From the NCBI GenBank assembly GCA_038087875.1, contig CM075989.1, positions 4,898,001-4,962,000 of the forward strand: a stretch of DNA of 64,000 bases, in the 5' to 3' direction. Under the pieces are notes generated by a model, which saw only the letters and a list, made by a program, of their open reading frames with translations, was not told the DNA's origin and did not search any database. Made by a program: the position numbers and the translations under genes. This stretch comes from Malacoraja senta (taxonomy: Eukaryota). This document shows, one piece after another, positions 51,650-63,600 of this stretch (positions within the stretch are counted from its first letter, which is position 1; the number at the start of each line of letters is the position of its first letter).

Positions 51650-52876
51650 CTGTCCCACAAATCTGATTGATTTTTTTGAAGATGTGACCAAAAAGGTCGA
51701 TTAGGGCAGAACTGTAGATGTTGCGTACATGGATTTCAGTAACGCATTCGACAAGGTTCCGCATGTAGGCTGCTCTGGAAGGTTAGATCGCATGGTATCC
51801 AAGGAGAGATAGCTGAATGGATAGCAAATTGGTTCCATGGAAGGAAGCAGAGGGTGATGGTGGAAGGTTGCTTCTCGACTGGGGGCCTGTGACTAGTTGT
51901 GTGCCAGGGTGCGGTGCTGGGCCCGTTACTGTTTGTCATCTACATCAATGATTCGGATGAGAACATACAGGGCAAGATTAGCAAGTTTGCTGACGATAAT
52001 AAAGTTGGTGGTTTTGCAGATCGTGAAGATGGTTGTGAACGATTGCAGCAGGATCTGGATTGATTGGCCAGGTGGGCGGAGGAATGGTTGATGGAATTTA
52101 ATACAGAGAAGTGTGAGGTGTTGCATTTTGGGATGTCAAACAAGGGCAGGACCTACACAGTAAATGGTAGGCCTCTGGGTAGTGTTGTAGAGCAGAGGGA
52201 TCTAGGAGTACAGGTGCATGGTTCCTTGAAGGTCGAGTCGCAGGTAGATAAGGGCGTCAAAAAGGCCTTTGGCACATTGGCCTTGATCAATTAGAGTATT
52301 GAGTATAGAAGTTGGGAGGTCATGTTGCAGTTGTATAAGACCGCATTTGGAATATTGTGTTCACCATGTTATAGGAAAGATATTGTCAAGCTTGAAAGGG
52401 TTCAGAAAAGATTTACGAGGAATTTGCCAGGACTAGAGGGTGTGAGCTCTAGGGAAAGGTTGAGTAGCCTGGGCCTCTATTCCATGTAGCGCAGGAGGAT
52501 GAGGGGTAATCTTATAGAGGTGTACAAAATCATGAGAGGAATAGAGTGGGTAGATGCACAGAGTCTCTTGCCCAGAGTAGGGGAATCGAGGACCAGGGTA
52601 CATAGGTGAAGGGGAAAAGATTTCATAGGAATCCGAGAGGTAACTTTTTCACACAAAAGGTGGCGGGTGTATGGAACATGCTGCCAGAAGAGGTAGTTGA
52701 GGCTGGGACTATCCCATCACTTAAGAAACAGTTAGACAGGTACATGGATAGGACAGGTTTGGAGGGATATTGACCAAGCACTGGCAGGCGAGACTAGTGT
52801 AGCTGGGACATTGTTGGTTGGTGTGGGCAAATTGGGCGGAAAGGCTTGTTTCCATACTGTATTACTCTATGACTCT
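51650..52876 (+). mobile_element. Frameshifted CR1 (subfamily 2) nested in subfamily 1
   Basis: RT motifs and 3' end similar to 5375-6485; subfamily 1 resumes at ~52880. Confidence 0.85.
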
Positions 52877-53154
52877 ACAACAAGAAGGCAGATTATTATC
52901 TGAATGGTGTCAGATTAGGAAAAGGGGAGGTGCAATGAGACCTGGGTGCCCTTGTACATCAGTCACTGAAAGTAAGCATGCAGGTATAGCAGGCTGTGAA
53001 GAAATCAAATGGCATGTTGGCATTCATAGCGAGAGGATTTGAGTATAGGAGCAGGGAAGAAGCCGAAGATCTCAGTGAAAAGCCACGCAGGTCACGGGGA
53101 GAACGTACAAACACCGTACAGACAGCGCCCGTAGTTGGGATCAAACCCGGGACC

Positions 53155-54067
53155 GAGTGTTAGCTGTGAGGAGGATGCTAGGAGACTGCAAGGTGACTTG
53201 GATAGGCTGGGTGAGTGGGCAAATGTTTGGCAGATGCAGTATAATGTGGATAAATGTGAGGTTATCCACTTTGGTAGCAAAAACGGGAAGGCAGACTATT
53301 ATCTAAATGGTGGCCGATTAGGAAATAGGGAGATGCAGCGAGACCTGGGTGTCATGGTACACCAGTCATTGAAAGTAGGCATGCAGGTGCAGCAGGCAGT
53401 GAAGAAAGCGAATGGTATGTTGGCCTTCATAGCAAGAGGATTTGAGTATAGGAGCAGGGAGGTTCTACTGCAGTTGTACAGGGTCTTGGTGAGACCACAC
53501 CTGGAGTATTGCGTACAGTTTTGGTCTCCAAATCTGAGGAAGGACATTATAGCCATAGAGGGAGTGCAGAGAAGGTTCACCAGACTGATTCCTGGGATGT
53601 CAGGACTTTCATATGAAGAAAGACTGGATAGACTTGGCTTATACTCGCTAGAATTTAGGAGATTGAGAGGGGATCTTATAGAAACGTACAAAATTCTTAT
53701 GGGGTTGGACAGGCTAGATGCAGGAAGATTGTTCCCGATGTTGGGGAAGTCCAGGACAAGGGGTCACAGCTTAAGGATAAGGGGGAAATCCTTTAAGACC
53801 GAGATGAGGAAAAACTTTTTCACACAGAGAGTGGTGAATCTCTGGAACTCTCTGCCACAGAGGGTAGTTGAGGCCAGTTCATTGGCTATATTTAAGAGGG
53901 AATTAGATGTGGCCCTTGTGGCTAAAGGGATCAGGGGGTATGGAGAGAAGGCAGGTACGGGATACTGAGTTGGATGATCAGCCATGATCATATTGAATGG
54001 CGGTGCAGGCTCGAAGGGCCGAATGGTCTACTCCTGCACCTATTTTCTATGTATCTATGTATCTATA
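53155..54067 (+). mobile_element. Young 5'-truncated CR1 LINE; longest open frame in the window
   Basis: ORF 53135-53968: RLQGDLDRLGEWA...LVRPHLEYCVQFWSP...RRLRGDLIETYKI. Confidence 0.92.
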
Positions 54068-54366
54068 GGCAGCAACTCTATCCCTGCGCCTCCGTGCCAC
54101 GGGCTTGCTTGGAGTCGCACATTGATGGAAAAATTCCAATTGTGCGATGTGGAGAATAGCCCTGGACCGTATTTCCCAATCAACGCAGAGGAAAAGTTCC
54201 CTGTTACCACACTGCTCTCTGTGGAATCCTGCTGTGAATTCATCAGCTGATGCAAGTTTGCATTGACTGTAAAATGCTTTGGGTTAGTTTGAAGTTGTGA
54301 TCAGTACTTTATTTAGCCAAGTGTTTGTTTCACTACGCTGATACAACAGCCTCATGCAAACATCTT

Positions 54367-54661
54367 CGGCACGGTGGCGCAGCGGTGTAGTTGCTGCCTT
54401 ACAGCGCCAGTGACCCGGGTTTGATCCTGAGTACGGCTGCTGTCTGTACGGAGTTTGTACGTTCTCCCCATGACCACGTGGGTTTTCCCCGGGTGCTCCA
54501 GTTTCCTCCCACACTCCAAAGACGTACAGGTTTGTAGGTTAATTGGCCTTGGTAAAGAATGTAAATTGTGCCTAGTGCGTAGGATAGTGTTAGTGAGCGG
54601 GGATCTTTGGTCGGCACGGACCTAGTGGGCCGAAAGGCCTGTTTCCCTGCTGTATCTCTAA
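54367..54661 (+). mobile_element. tRNA-derived SINE
   Basis: A-box TGGCGCAGCGG, B-box-like GGTTTGATCC, core and tail. Confidence 0.85.
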
Positions 54662-55329
54662 AAAATGAAAACAAAATCATTCAATACCAGGAATGGTAAC
54701 AAGTTGGAGGAGGCGAATACTTCAACTAGTTACGGAGTCACTGTGAAGAGAGAGCCTCTCCAAAAAAGTGAAGAAAAAACACAAACAAGCATTTATAAAA
54801 AAACTTGAAAATAACCTTGCCTGTCATCAACTTGAAAATTGAATTAAATTCCAGTCACCTACAATATTTTCCTAATATTTCTGACATCAAGCAGAGCAGG
54901 AGGAATGTTTCCTTCAAAGGATACATCAGACAGTCTGCTTCATTCAGTGGCTGGTATGCTCGCGTCACTCCGTACTGATTAGTCCAGTTTGGCCTCTCTG
55001 CTCTGCTGGGTGGCGCGTTTCTGCAGACTAATCGCATTTTGCAAGATTACACGGTTATCTTTACAACACTGAATGGCTTTGTGTAGCTGCCTGAGCTGCA
55101 GCAAGACTACTAACAGGCCCGACCTCGCACTTTGATTTCCACCCAATTTCCCTCGCGTGAAGGCACTGATTCTTGTTCAGGTACGGCTTTGCAAGAGCAT
55201 AAATATTCTCTGTACCCTTTCCGACTTAATAACATCTTTCCAATAACATGGTGCCCAGAACTCTAAACGTGGCCTCAGCAACGTCTTGCAAGAGCAAGTG
55301 TTGAACCCGCTTGGTTCATTTAGTGGTGT

Positions 55330-55865
55330 GATACAGTGTGGAGGCAAGCCCTTCGGACCAGCTTGCCCACACCGACCAACGTCTCACCTCCCTGTGTTTG
55401 GCCCATATCCCTCTAAACCTGTCCTATCCATATACCCGTCTAATTGCTTCTTAAACATTGTGATGGAAAGGAACCACCTGCATGGAACCACCTGCCTCAA
55501 CTGCCTCCTCTGGCAGGTGGTTCCATGCACCCACCACCCTTTGTGGGAAAAAGCTACCTCTCAGATTCCTATTAAATCTTTCCCCCTTCACCTTCAACCT
55601 ATGTCCTCTGGTTCTTGATTCCCCTGCTCTGGGCAAGAGACCGTGTGCATCCAGCCAATCATACACCTCTATAAGATCACCTCTCTTCCTGCTGCGCTCT
55701 AGAGAATAGAGTGCTGAACCTCTCTCTTGACCCTCGAATCCTGGCAACACAAATATTCTCTGTACCCTTTCCAACTTAAAAACATCGTTCCTATAACATG
55801 GTGCCCAGAATTGAACATAATACTCTAAATGTGGCCTCACCGATGTCTTGTACAGCTGCAACATG
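55330..55865 (-). mobile_element. Degenerate CR1 3' fragment
   Basis: LQLYKTSVRPHLEYYVQFWAP...QRVVGAWNHLP. Confidence 0.85.
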
Positions 55866-56460
55866 AGCCAGTCTCAGAGGCACTGAGTTAATGGTACAAG
55901 ACTTACTTAAGTGAGTTGGATTTGTGACCCAGTACAACCTTGTTGAGGTGCAGTATTGTTGGATGTACCACTGTCAGCCAAGATCTTAAACCAACATGTT
56001 CTGTTCTAGAGTTTAAACTTCTAGAGATACAGCATGGAGGCAGGCCCTTCAGCCCGACCACTGATCAACCATTCACACTAGTTCTACGCTATCCCACTTT
56101 CTCATCCACTCCCAATACACAAGTGGCAATTTGCAGACCTACAAACCCGTGCTCTTTTTTGGATGAGGGAGGAAACCAGCAAACCCGGAGGAAACCCATG
56201 CGGTCACAGGTTGAACGTGCAAACTCCACACAGGCAGCACCCGAGGTCAGGATCGAACCTGGGTCTCTGGCGCTGTGACGTAACGGCTCTACCACCTGCG
56301 TCACTGTGCTGCCCTCTAGCTTGGATGGAAATGAAAGACTCCCGTGCAACCTTTTGAAGAAGAATCAGGGAGTTGCTCAAATGTAGACAAAAATGCTGGA
56401 GAAACTCAGCGGGTGAGGCAGCATCTATGGAACGAAGGAAATAGGCAACGTTTCGGGTCA

Positions 56461-56560
56461 CGGGAGCTTCGACTGCCCCGATCGCGGGAGCTTTGTCCAC
56501 CCCGATCGTGGTAGCTTCGATTGCCGACTGCTGGAGCTTCGATCGCCCCGACTGCGGGAG
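56461..56560 (+). repeat. Four degenerate ~24-bp GC-rich tandem units within a dispersed GC-rich element
   Basis: CGGGAGCTTCGACTGCCCCGATCG-like units; adjacent TTTGCCTTCCATCACAGTG motif also at ~59044-59062 on minus strand. Confidence 0.6.
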
Positions 56561-57059
56561 AAAAGGAGGAAAGAAGGTATATGTTATTTGCCTTCCATCA
56601 CAGTGGGGAATGTGAGGTCGCCGAAAAAACAAGATGGACGTGCTGCCTGCGCTGATGGGGACTCGGAGGGAGTGCCGTGAGTGCAGTGATCTCGGTGTTT
56701 TGCAGGGACATCGTGCCATGAGAACATCTAGTGCGAGTGTGGACGGCTCTCTGACTATTCGGGTGGACAGGGACTGCAGAGAGAGTGACAGCAATCGGTA
56801 CAACTCTGGTCACATCACGGTGAAGGAGCGTGTGTGTGTGGCCCGGACATTGGACATGGCTGTGGGTCTCCGCTTATGCTGTTTGCCCTGGCGATTCTCA
56901 CACGCCGCTGTGGTGGCCGTTTAAGTTCTATGTTGTTGGGTATCTTGTTGCTTTTTTGTACGACTGTTGGCAAATCTAATTCCTTGTATGTTTACATACT
57001 TGGCAATTAAATTAATTACAGTTAAAATTAATTTGAGTACAGTTCTCAGTATTGTAGAG

Positions 57060-57345
57060 CAGCAGTTCCATAGGCAAGTCCAATGCCCTCAATGGGGTAG
57101 AGGTGAATCGGACAGTACCCTAGCTTATGGAAGGACCATTCAGAAGCCTGATAACAGAGGGGAAGAAACTGTTCCTGAGTCTGGTGGTGCGTGCTTTCAA
57201 GCTTCTGTACCTTCTGTTGTATAGGAACAGGGAGAAGAAGGAATGACCGGAGTTGGACAAGTCTTTGATTATGTTGGCTGTTTTTCCGTGGCAGTATGAA
57301 GTGTAGATGGGGTCAATGGTGGGATGTGCGATGGACTGGGCTACA
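57060..57345 (-). mobile_element. Rex1-type LINE fragment
   Basis: RRYRSLKARTTRLRNSFFPSVIRLLN. Confidence 0.75.
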
Positions 57346-57903
57346 GCTGCAACTCTTGTGGTCTTGAGCAGAGCTGTTGTCAGGAGCTGGGATTCCAGTA
57401 AGGGACACCAAAGAGCAATTATATTTTTGTGAGGTAGGACTGCTGTGGAGATTTGGAACCATTTCTGAGCCATCAGTAGCACGTTAATATTTCTCGATCT
57501 CTATGATCATTGTAATTTCCTCAGAAAGTTGAATTGAAATGTAAAACCTCAGCCATTTCTCCCCAGTTTTAAATTTGGTCCCCAGAGTCATCAACGTCAG
57601 GAATCGGAGCTACCGGTACACGTGCTTGAATATAATTGAAGTGACATCTCATGTATTCCCAGTTATACAGATCCCACAGGAACACGCTGTTTGAAGTGAT
57701 ATACATGACTGCACTAGCTGGAGTGAGTAAAGGAAAGCAGGACACAGCGCCATCGCCTATCAGGCACTGAAATAAGTCAAGGAAATCAGAACAGGAACAA
57801 GCAGAACACAGCAAGCAGCTTTACATTAGGGACAAGGCTATAATCTGCAGCTCTGGTGACAAAAAATACTGTGGAACAGAGGACTTCTTATATGTAAGGC
57901 TAA

Positions 57904-58441
57904 AGCCCCTGTCCCACTTTCACAACCTAATTGGCGACCTCTGCCGAGTTTGCCCTTGACTCATACTCGCAGTATGGTCGCCACGAGGTCGTAGGAGGTC
58001 TTCGTAACTCTTCCTCATGCTCGTGAGTGGTCTCCGCTTACTCGTGGCCTCAAGTAGGTCGTGGCGTTTTTTCCAGCCTGATAAAAAATGTTCACGAGTA
58101 AAAAAAAGTTCGGCATGGAAAAAATTGAAACTTTTTACTCGTAGGTAGATCGTAGTAGGTCGTGATGGTAGTCGTAGATAGTCGTTGGTCGGTAACTGGC
58201 CCGAGAAAAATGCAAACGTGACATCATTTTACCATGTGATTATTTCCACTCGTAGCTAGTTGTAGTTGGTCTTAGGTGGGGAAGACTTAGGTCAAGGGGG
58301 GTCATAGGAGGTCGTAGACATGGTCGTAGGAGGTCGTAGGAGGTCTTTTACTTCGACGAGTCAACACGACCTTGACATTTTTTTCAACTCATCTAGGGTC
58401 TTCTAAACTCGTGGATTAGGTCGCCCAAGTGGGACAGCCCT
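57904..58441. mobile_element. PIF/Harbinger-type non-autonomous DNA transposon, long relative of the 17848 MITE
   Basis: TIR-like ends AGCCCCTGTCCCACTT...AAGTGGGACAGCCCT, TAA TSDs, internal GGTCGTAG repeats. Confidence 0.8.
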
Positions 58442-58537
58442 TAAGTCTTTCAACCTGGCACTATTCTGTTGTTTTGCACTAGCCATATTTATTGTCATAT
58501 TTGGTATTGGTACCGTGGGTGACACGGTGTTGCAGTG

Positions 58538-58820
58538 GGCGGCACGGTGACGCAGCGGTAGAGTTGCTGCCTCACAGCGCCAGAGACCCTGGTTCAATCC
58601 TGACTAGGGGCGCTCCCCATCACTGTGTGGGTTTTCTCCAGGTGCTCCGGTTTCCTCCCACACTCCAAAGACGTGCAGGCTTGTAGATTAATTGGCTTTG
58701 GTAACAATTGCAAATTGTCCCTAGTGTGTGTAGGATAGTGTTAGTGTGCGTGGATCGTGGTCGGCGCGGACTCAGTGGGCTGAAGGGCCTGTTTCTGTGC
58801 TGTATCTCTAAACTAAAACT
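58538..58820 (+). mobile_element. tRNA-derived SINE with internal deletion
   Basis: Head, partial core, tail. Confidence 0.8.
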
Positions 58821-58974
58821 AATGATTGACATGTGTACCCAGATAGTGAAAAGCTTTTGCTTGCATGCCATCCAATCAGATAAGAATAGAATAGAATAGA
58901 ACAGAATGCCTTTTATTGTCATTCAAACCGCTTAGTTTGAATGAAATTTCATTCCTAGTCTTTTACATTATAAA

Positions 58975-59570
58975 AAAAAACAAGACCCACACTTAACACA
59001 ATTTACACAAACATCCATCACAGTGAATCTCCAACACCTCCTCACTGTGATGGAAGGCAAAAGTCTTATCTCTTCCCTTTGTTCTTCTCCCGCGGTCCAG
59101 CAGTCCAACTGCAGCGTCAAGGCGACTGGGGCTTCCGATGTTAAAGCCCCCGGCGGGCGATGGTAAGTCCCGCGGCCGTTTAAGCCGCGCTGAGCGATGT
59201 TATGCCCCGCTCCGAGTCCTTTAACTCCGATTCCGGTGGGAGAAGTTGCCGTTGCGGGAGCTCCGAAAAGCGGACTCCCACCAGGGACCTGCGAGCTCCC
59301 GATGTTCCTGTCCACCGCAGCTCTCCCCGTTCCGAAGTCGGACAGCTCCGCGATGGTGAGTCCGCAGGCTCCGCGACTGGAGCCCTCAGGTTGGTTCTGG
59401 TTGGAGGCCGCCGCCGGCTCCACGATATTAGGCCCAACGACACCGGAGACCCGACAGGGAAAAGTCGGGTCCCCGTACAGGGCAGAGATTAAACGGTTAA
59501 ACGGTTAAAAATTAACAAACGGCAGACGGACTGCAGTCGAGCCGCTGCCGTTAGGCACCGCCACACTCCA
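58975..59570 (-). mobile_element. CpG-rich dispersed repeat, probably a LINE 5'-UTR-derived segment
   Basis: Shares a motif with 56587-56605; unusually CpG-rich for this window. Confidence 0.4.
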
Positions 59571-59954
59571 GATAAGACTATAGAAAGAAGGAATTGCAGA
59601 TGCTGGTTTACAAAAAAAAGACACAAAGTGCTGGAGTAACTCAGCAGCTCAGGCAGCATGAGGCAGAATGTGGATAGGTGACATTTTGGGTGGGATCGTG
59701 TTGTGAGGGGGGTGGAGGAGAGGAGGGGCAGGACAAAGCCTGGCAGCTAATAGCTTGATACAGGTGTTGGTATTGTTCACCTTCTTTTGGAGATACATCG
59801 TGGAAACAGGCGCTTCGGCCCACTTAGGCCCAACCAACAATCACCCCGTGTACTAGATCTATCCTACACTCTGGCGACAATTTACAGAAACCAATTAACC
59901 TGCAAATCTGCACGTCTTTGAAATGCGAGAGGAAACCCCATACTGTTGCGTGGT

Positions 59955-60275
59955 GAGAACATGAGGTGTGTTTCCACCAGTTTGCGTGTGGCCTCACTCT
60001 GGCAGTGGAGAAGGCCCAGGACAGAACGGTCAGTGTGGGAATGGGAGGAGTAAAATAGTTCGCAACCAGGAGATCCAGTAGGCCTTGGCGGACCGAGCGC
60101 AAGTGTTTGGTGCAAGTTGTCCTAGTCAACGCTTGGCCTCGCTGATGTACAGGAGGCCACATCAGCAACACCAGATGCAGTAGATGAGGTTGGAGGAGGT
60201 ACACATGAACCTCTGCCTCACCTGGAAGGACTGCTGGGACCCCTGGACGGAGGTGAGGGTGGAGGAATGTTAGGT
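59955..60275 (-). mobile_element. PLE GIY-YIG fragment
   Basis: Reverse complement homologous to 21950-22220 (FTCTSSNLIYCI.C..CGLLYISE.KR). Confidence 0.75.
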
Positions 60276-61068
60276 AACTACAAACCTCTCTACCCTCCTT
60301 CCCCCACCCCCCCCCCACCGTCTTTCTTTCCCCTCCCTCTCTCCCCATTGCCTCACCTGTACCTCATAATGATAGACACAAAATGCTGGAGTAACTCAGC
60401 GGGTCAGGCAGCATCTCAGGAGAACATGGAAAGGTGACGTTTCTGAGTTGGGTTGGGAGTGATGGTGCCTGACCCTCTGAGTCACTCCAGCACTTTGTGT
60501 CTTTTTTTTTGTAAACCAGCATCTGCGGTTCCTTGCTTCTACAACCTCATAATGAGAGTGTGATGTAACAGGGAGGGTGTTATAATGGAAACGCATAATG
60601 AGATTGCCATGTATCAGGGAGGATGTTCTAACTCACTCTGCGTGTAGGGTGCGTTAACCTTCATCTTCAGTTCTGTTTTCGGTCCTTTATCCCGATGGTT
60701 CTTGCTTGTGGAGGGATAGCCAGTGTGTGTCTAGACCCCTGTAAGTGGCAGGACCTGGCCTAAGGTAGGAAGTCACCTAATGGAAGATGCGTTTAACTTT
60801 TCTCAACTTTAAAAATGCATAAAGTGGCCAGCTTGTCCTAACTTGGGGAATGACTTCCACTTGAAATTGAGCAGAGTTAGTTTTGGAAGTAGTGACATTT
60901 TCTTTGCTTGGAGGCTCAGAACCTTATTTTCACGGTAGTTGCGGTTATTTCGCTTGGACAGCTTACAACCCAGCAGTATGAATAGTGATTTCTCTAAACA
61001 TGTAACACTTGCATCCTCTCTCTCTCCGTCCCTCCCCCACCCAAGTCGTTGTACTAGTTTCAAAGTCG

Positions 61069-61130
61069 CATTCCTTCTCTCCAGAGATGCTGTCTCATCT
61101 GTTGAGTTACTCCAGCATTTTGTGTCTATC
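61069..61130 (+). mobile_element. 62-bp pLTR fragment inserted into a PLE 3'UTR
   Basis: 10-bp TSD TTCAAAGTCG (61059-61068, 61131-61140); uninterrupted paralog at ~21548. Confidence 0.75.
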
Positions 61131-61703
61131 TTCAAAGTCGTCTTGTTGAGTCTCATTGTCTGTAACTCATTTTCACTTAGACCACAGCTAAGAAAGGCCT
61201 GTTTCCTTTATCATCACTACTTTTTTGCATATGTATCTTTCATTCATTTGCTCTTTCTCTCTCTATATAACCACCTATATGTATTGTTTCCCTTTCCCCT
61301 AAGTCTGAAGAAGGGTCTCCAACCCAAACGTCACCTATCCCTTTTCTCCAGAGATGCTGCCTGAACTGCTGTTACTCCAGCTTTTTGAGTCTATCTTCGG
61401 TTTAAACCTGCATCTGCAGTTCCTTCCAACACACGGTTATCTTTTTTTTCCTTTGTCAAAGCTTTTATTTCCGAAACATTGTCTATTTGTTTATTTCAAT
61501 TCAATGATAAAAGGAATGATTATGCTTTTGCTGGTTGAGGGCTGCTTTGATAATGTGTAATATTATTTTGCAAATGATATATTATTTTTGATTGCTGCTG
61601 CCGCTGCTGCTGCTGCTCTCGGTTCAAGTTCCTAATTCTTGTCCAAACAGGAAGTCCTGTTGTTCGGTGATTTCTTTGAGAGCTGTCATTAAACTCTTCA
61701 AAT

Positions 61704-61815
61704 ATGGGAGACACTTGGAGAATTCCTGATTGTCGGGAAAGGAGCATATTTCCTGAGGAAATGGACAGATGGAATATTCTGAGCAGATTCAGGCAGTTAA
61801 AACCATGGCAGAATG
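61704..61815 (+). CDS. Candidate alternative first coding exon MGDTWRIPDCRERSIFPEEMDRWNILSRFRQLKPWQN, phase 1
   Basis: Strong Kozak AATATGG, donor ATG|GTACGT, upstream (CTG)n and ETS-like ACAGGAAGT, unique DNA. Confidence 0.4.
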
Positions 61816-62564
61816 GTACGTTATGGAGAAGAACACAAGTTCACAGGATTGGCACAACATAGAGACTTGGAAGTTAAAACAAAGCACAGACTGATTATGC
61901 CTCCGTATCCATAAAATCAGATAGATATCTTGGTTGGCAGGGATGGGTTGGGTTAAAAGACTATATAGACTCAATAATTAATAATGACAGTCACTGTGGA
62001 CAATGCAGAACTAAACTATTTACAACAATAGCAATCTACATTGCCTGAATTTAATTTTGTCTCGAGATACAGCATGGAAGCAGCCCACTTCAGGCCTTTA
62101 AGTCTGAAGAAGGGTCTCGTCCCGAAACGTCACCTATTCCTTTTCTCCAGAGCTGCTGTCTGACCCGCTGAGTTACGCCAGCTCTTTGTGTCTGTCTTCA
62201 GCCCATCAAGTCCACACCAATCTGTAAGAAAGAACCGCAGATGCTGGTTTAAATCGAAAGTAGACACAAAATGCTGGAGTAAATCAGCGGGACAGGCAGC
62301 ATCTCTGGAGAGAAGGAATGGGTGACGTTTCGGGTCGAGACCCTTCTTCAGACTTCAGTTGTCTGAACCCACTTGTTCACAAGGAGAAAGTACTAACTCC
62401 GTACGGACAGCAACCGTGGTGAGGATTGAACCCGGGTCTCTGGGGCTGTAAGGCAGTAGCTCTACCACTGCGCCACCATGACGCCCAGATGTATTTCAAG
62501 TCAAACAGATTAAAATTCTGAGCAGGCCAGAAAGCATTTGTAGAAAGAAAAACAGAATCAATAT

Positions 62565-63070
62565 ATAGAAACATAGAAACATAGAAAATAGGTGCAGGAG
62601 TAGGCCACTCGGACCTTCGAGCCTGCACCGCCATTCAATATGATCATGGCTGATCATCCAACTCAGTATCCTGTACCTGCCTTCTCTCCATACCCCTTGA
62701 TCCCTTTAGCCACAAGGGCCACATCTAACTCCCTCTTAAATATAGCCAATGAACTGGCCTCAAGTACCTTCTGTGGCAGAGAATTCCACAGATTCACCAC
62801 TCTCTGTGTGAATTTTTTCTCTCTCATCTCAGTCCTAAAAGACTTCCCCCTTATCCTTAAACTGTGACCCCTTGTTCTGGACTTCCCCACATCGGGAAAA
62901 ATCTTCCTGCATCTAGCCTGTCCAACCCCTTAAGAATTTTGTAAGTTTCTATAAGATCCCCCCTCAATCTTCTAAATTCTAGCTCCTATACTCAAATCCT
63001 TTTGCTATGAATTCTAACATACCATTCACTTTCTTCACTGCCTGCTGCACCTGCATGCCTACTTTCAATA
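62565..63070 (-). mobile_element. CR1 3' end
   Basis: KSRTRGHSLRI...WNSLPQKV...GEKAGTGY. Confidence 0.9.
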
Positions 63071-63317
63071 TTAAATTGATGATCCTGTCTGACCTGCTAA
63101 GTACTTTCCACTATTTCTGTTTTTAATTCAGATATCTAGTTATCTGCCTTGTGAATTTCTTGAAGAAACACGACAGGTTTTCAGATCTTTTTGATCATCT
63201 TGAAAATTAGTGTGTTTTGTTAAAATTGTAAAAAGTGTTGACTTGAAGAATATATTACTTCTAGATGCAATTGAGCAAAATCCTAAATTATTCCCGACCT
63301 GGATTCCATCTGGGGGG

Positions 63318-63600
63318 GCGGCACGGTGGCACAGCGGTAGAGTTGCTGCTTTACAGCATCTGAGACCCGGGTTCGATCCTGACTACAGCTGCCGTCTGTA
63401 CGGAGTTTGTACGTTCGCCCCGTGACCTGCGCGGGATTTCTCCGGGTGCTCTGGTTTCCTCCCACATTCCAGAGAACTTACATGTTTGTAGGTTAATTAG
63501 CTTCGGTAAAATTGTTAAATTGTCCCTAGTGCGTAGATAGTGTGTTTGGAGATCGCTGGTCGGCATGGACTCAGTGGGCCCAAGGGCCTGTTTCAGCGCT
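63318..63600 (+). mobile_element. tRNA-derived SINE
   Basis: A-box TGGCACAGCGG, B-box GGTTCGATCC (63370-63379). Confidence 0.88.

Noticed and set aside
51049..53968. RT ORFs as a retron, DGR or host gene
   Set aside because: Standard CR1 ORF2 motifs, truncated or frameshifted, with CR1 3' tails
58968..59508. Overlapping 87-151 aa ORFs on both strands
   Set aside because: Explained by GC richness of a dispersed repeat; no recognisable domain
63318..63390. tRNA genes
   Set aside because: A/B boxes continue into SINE core and LINE-derived tail; these are SINE heads
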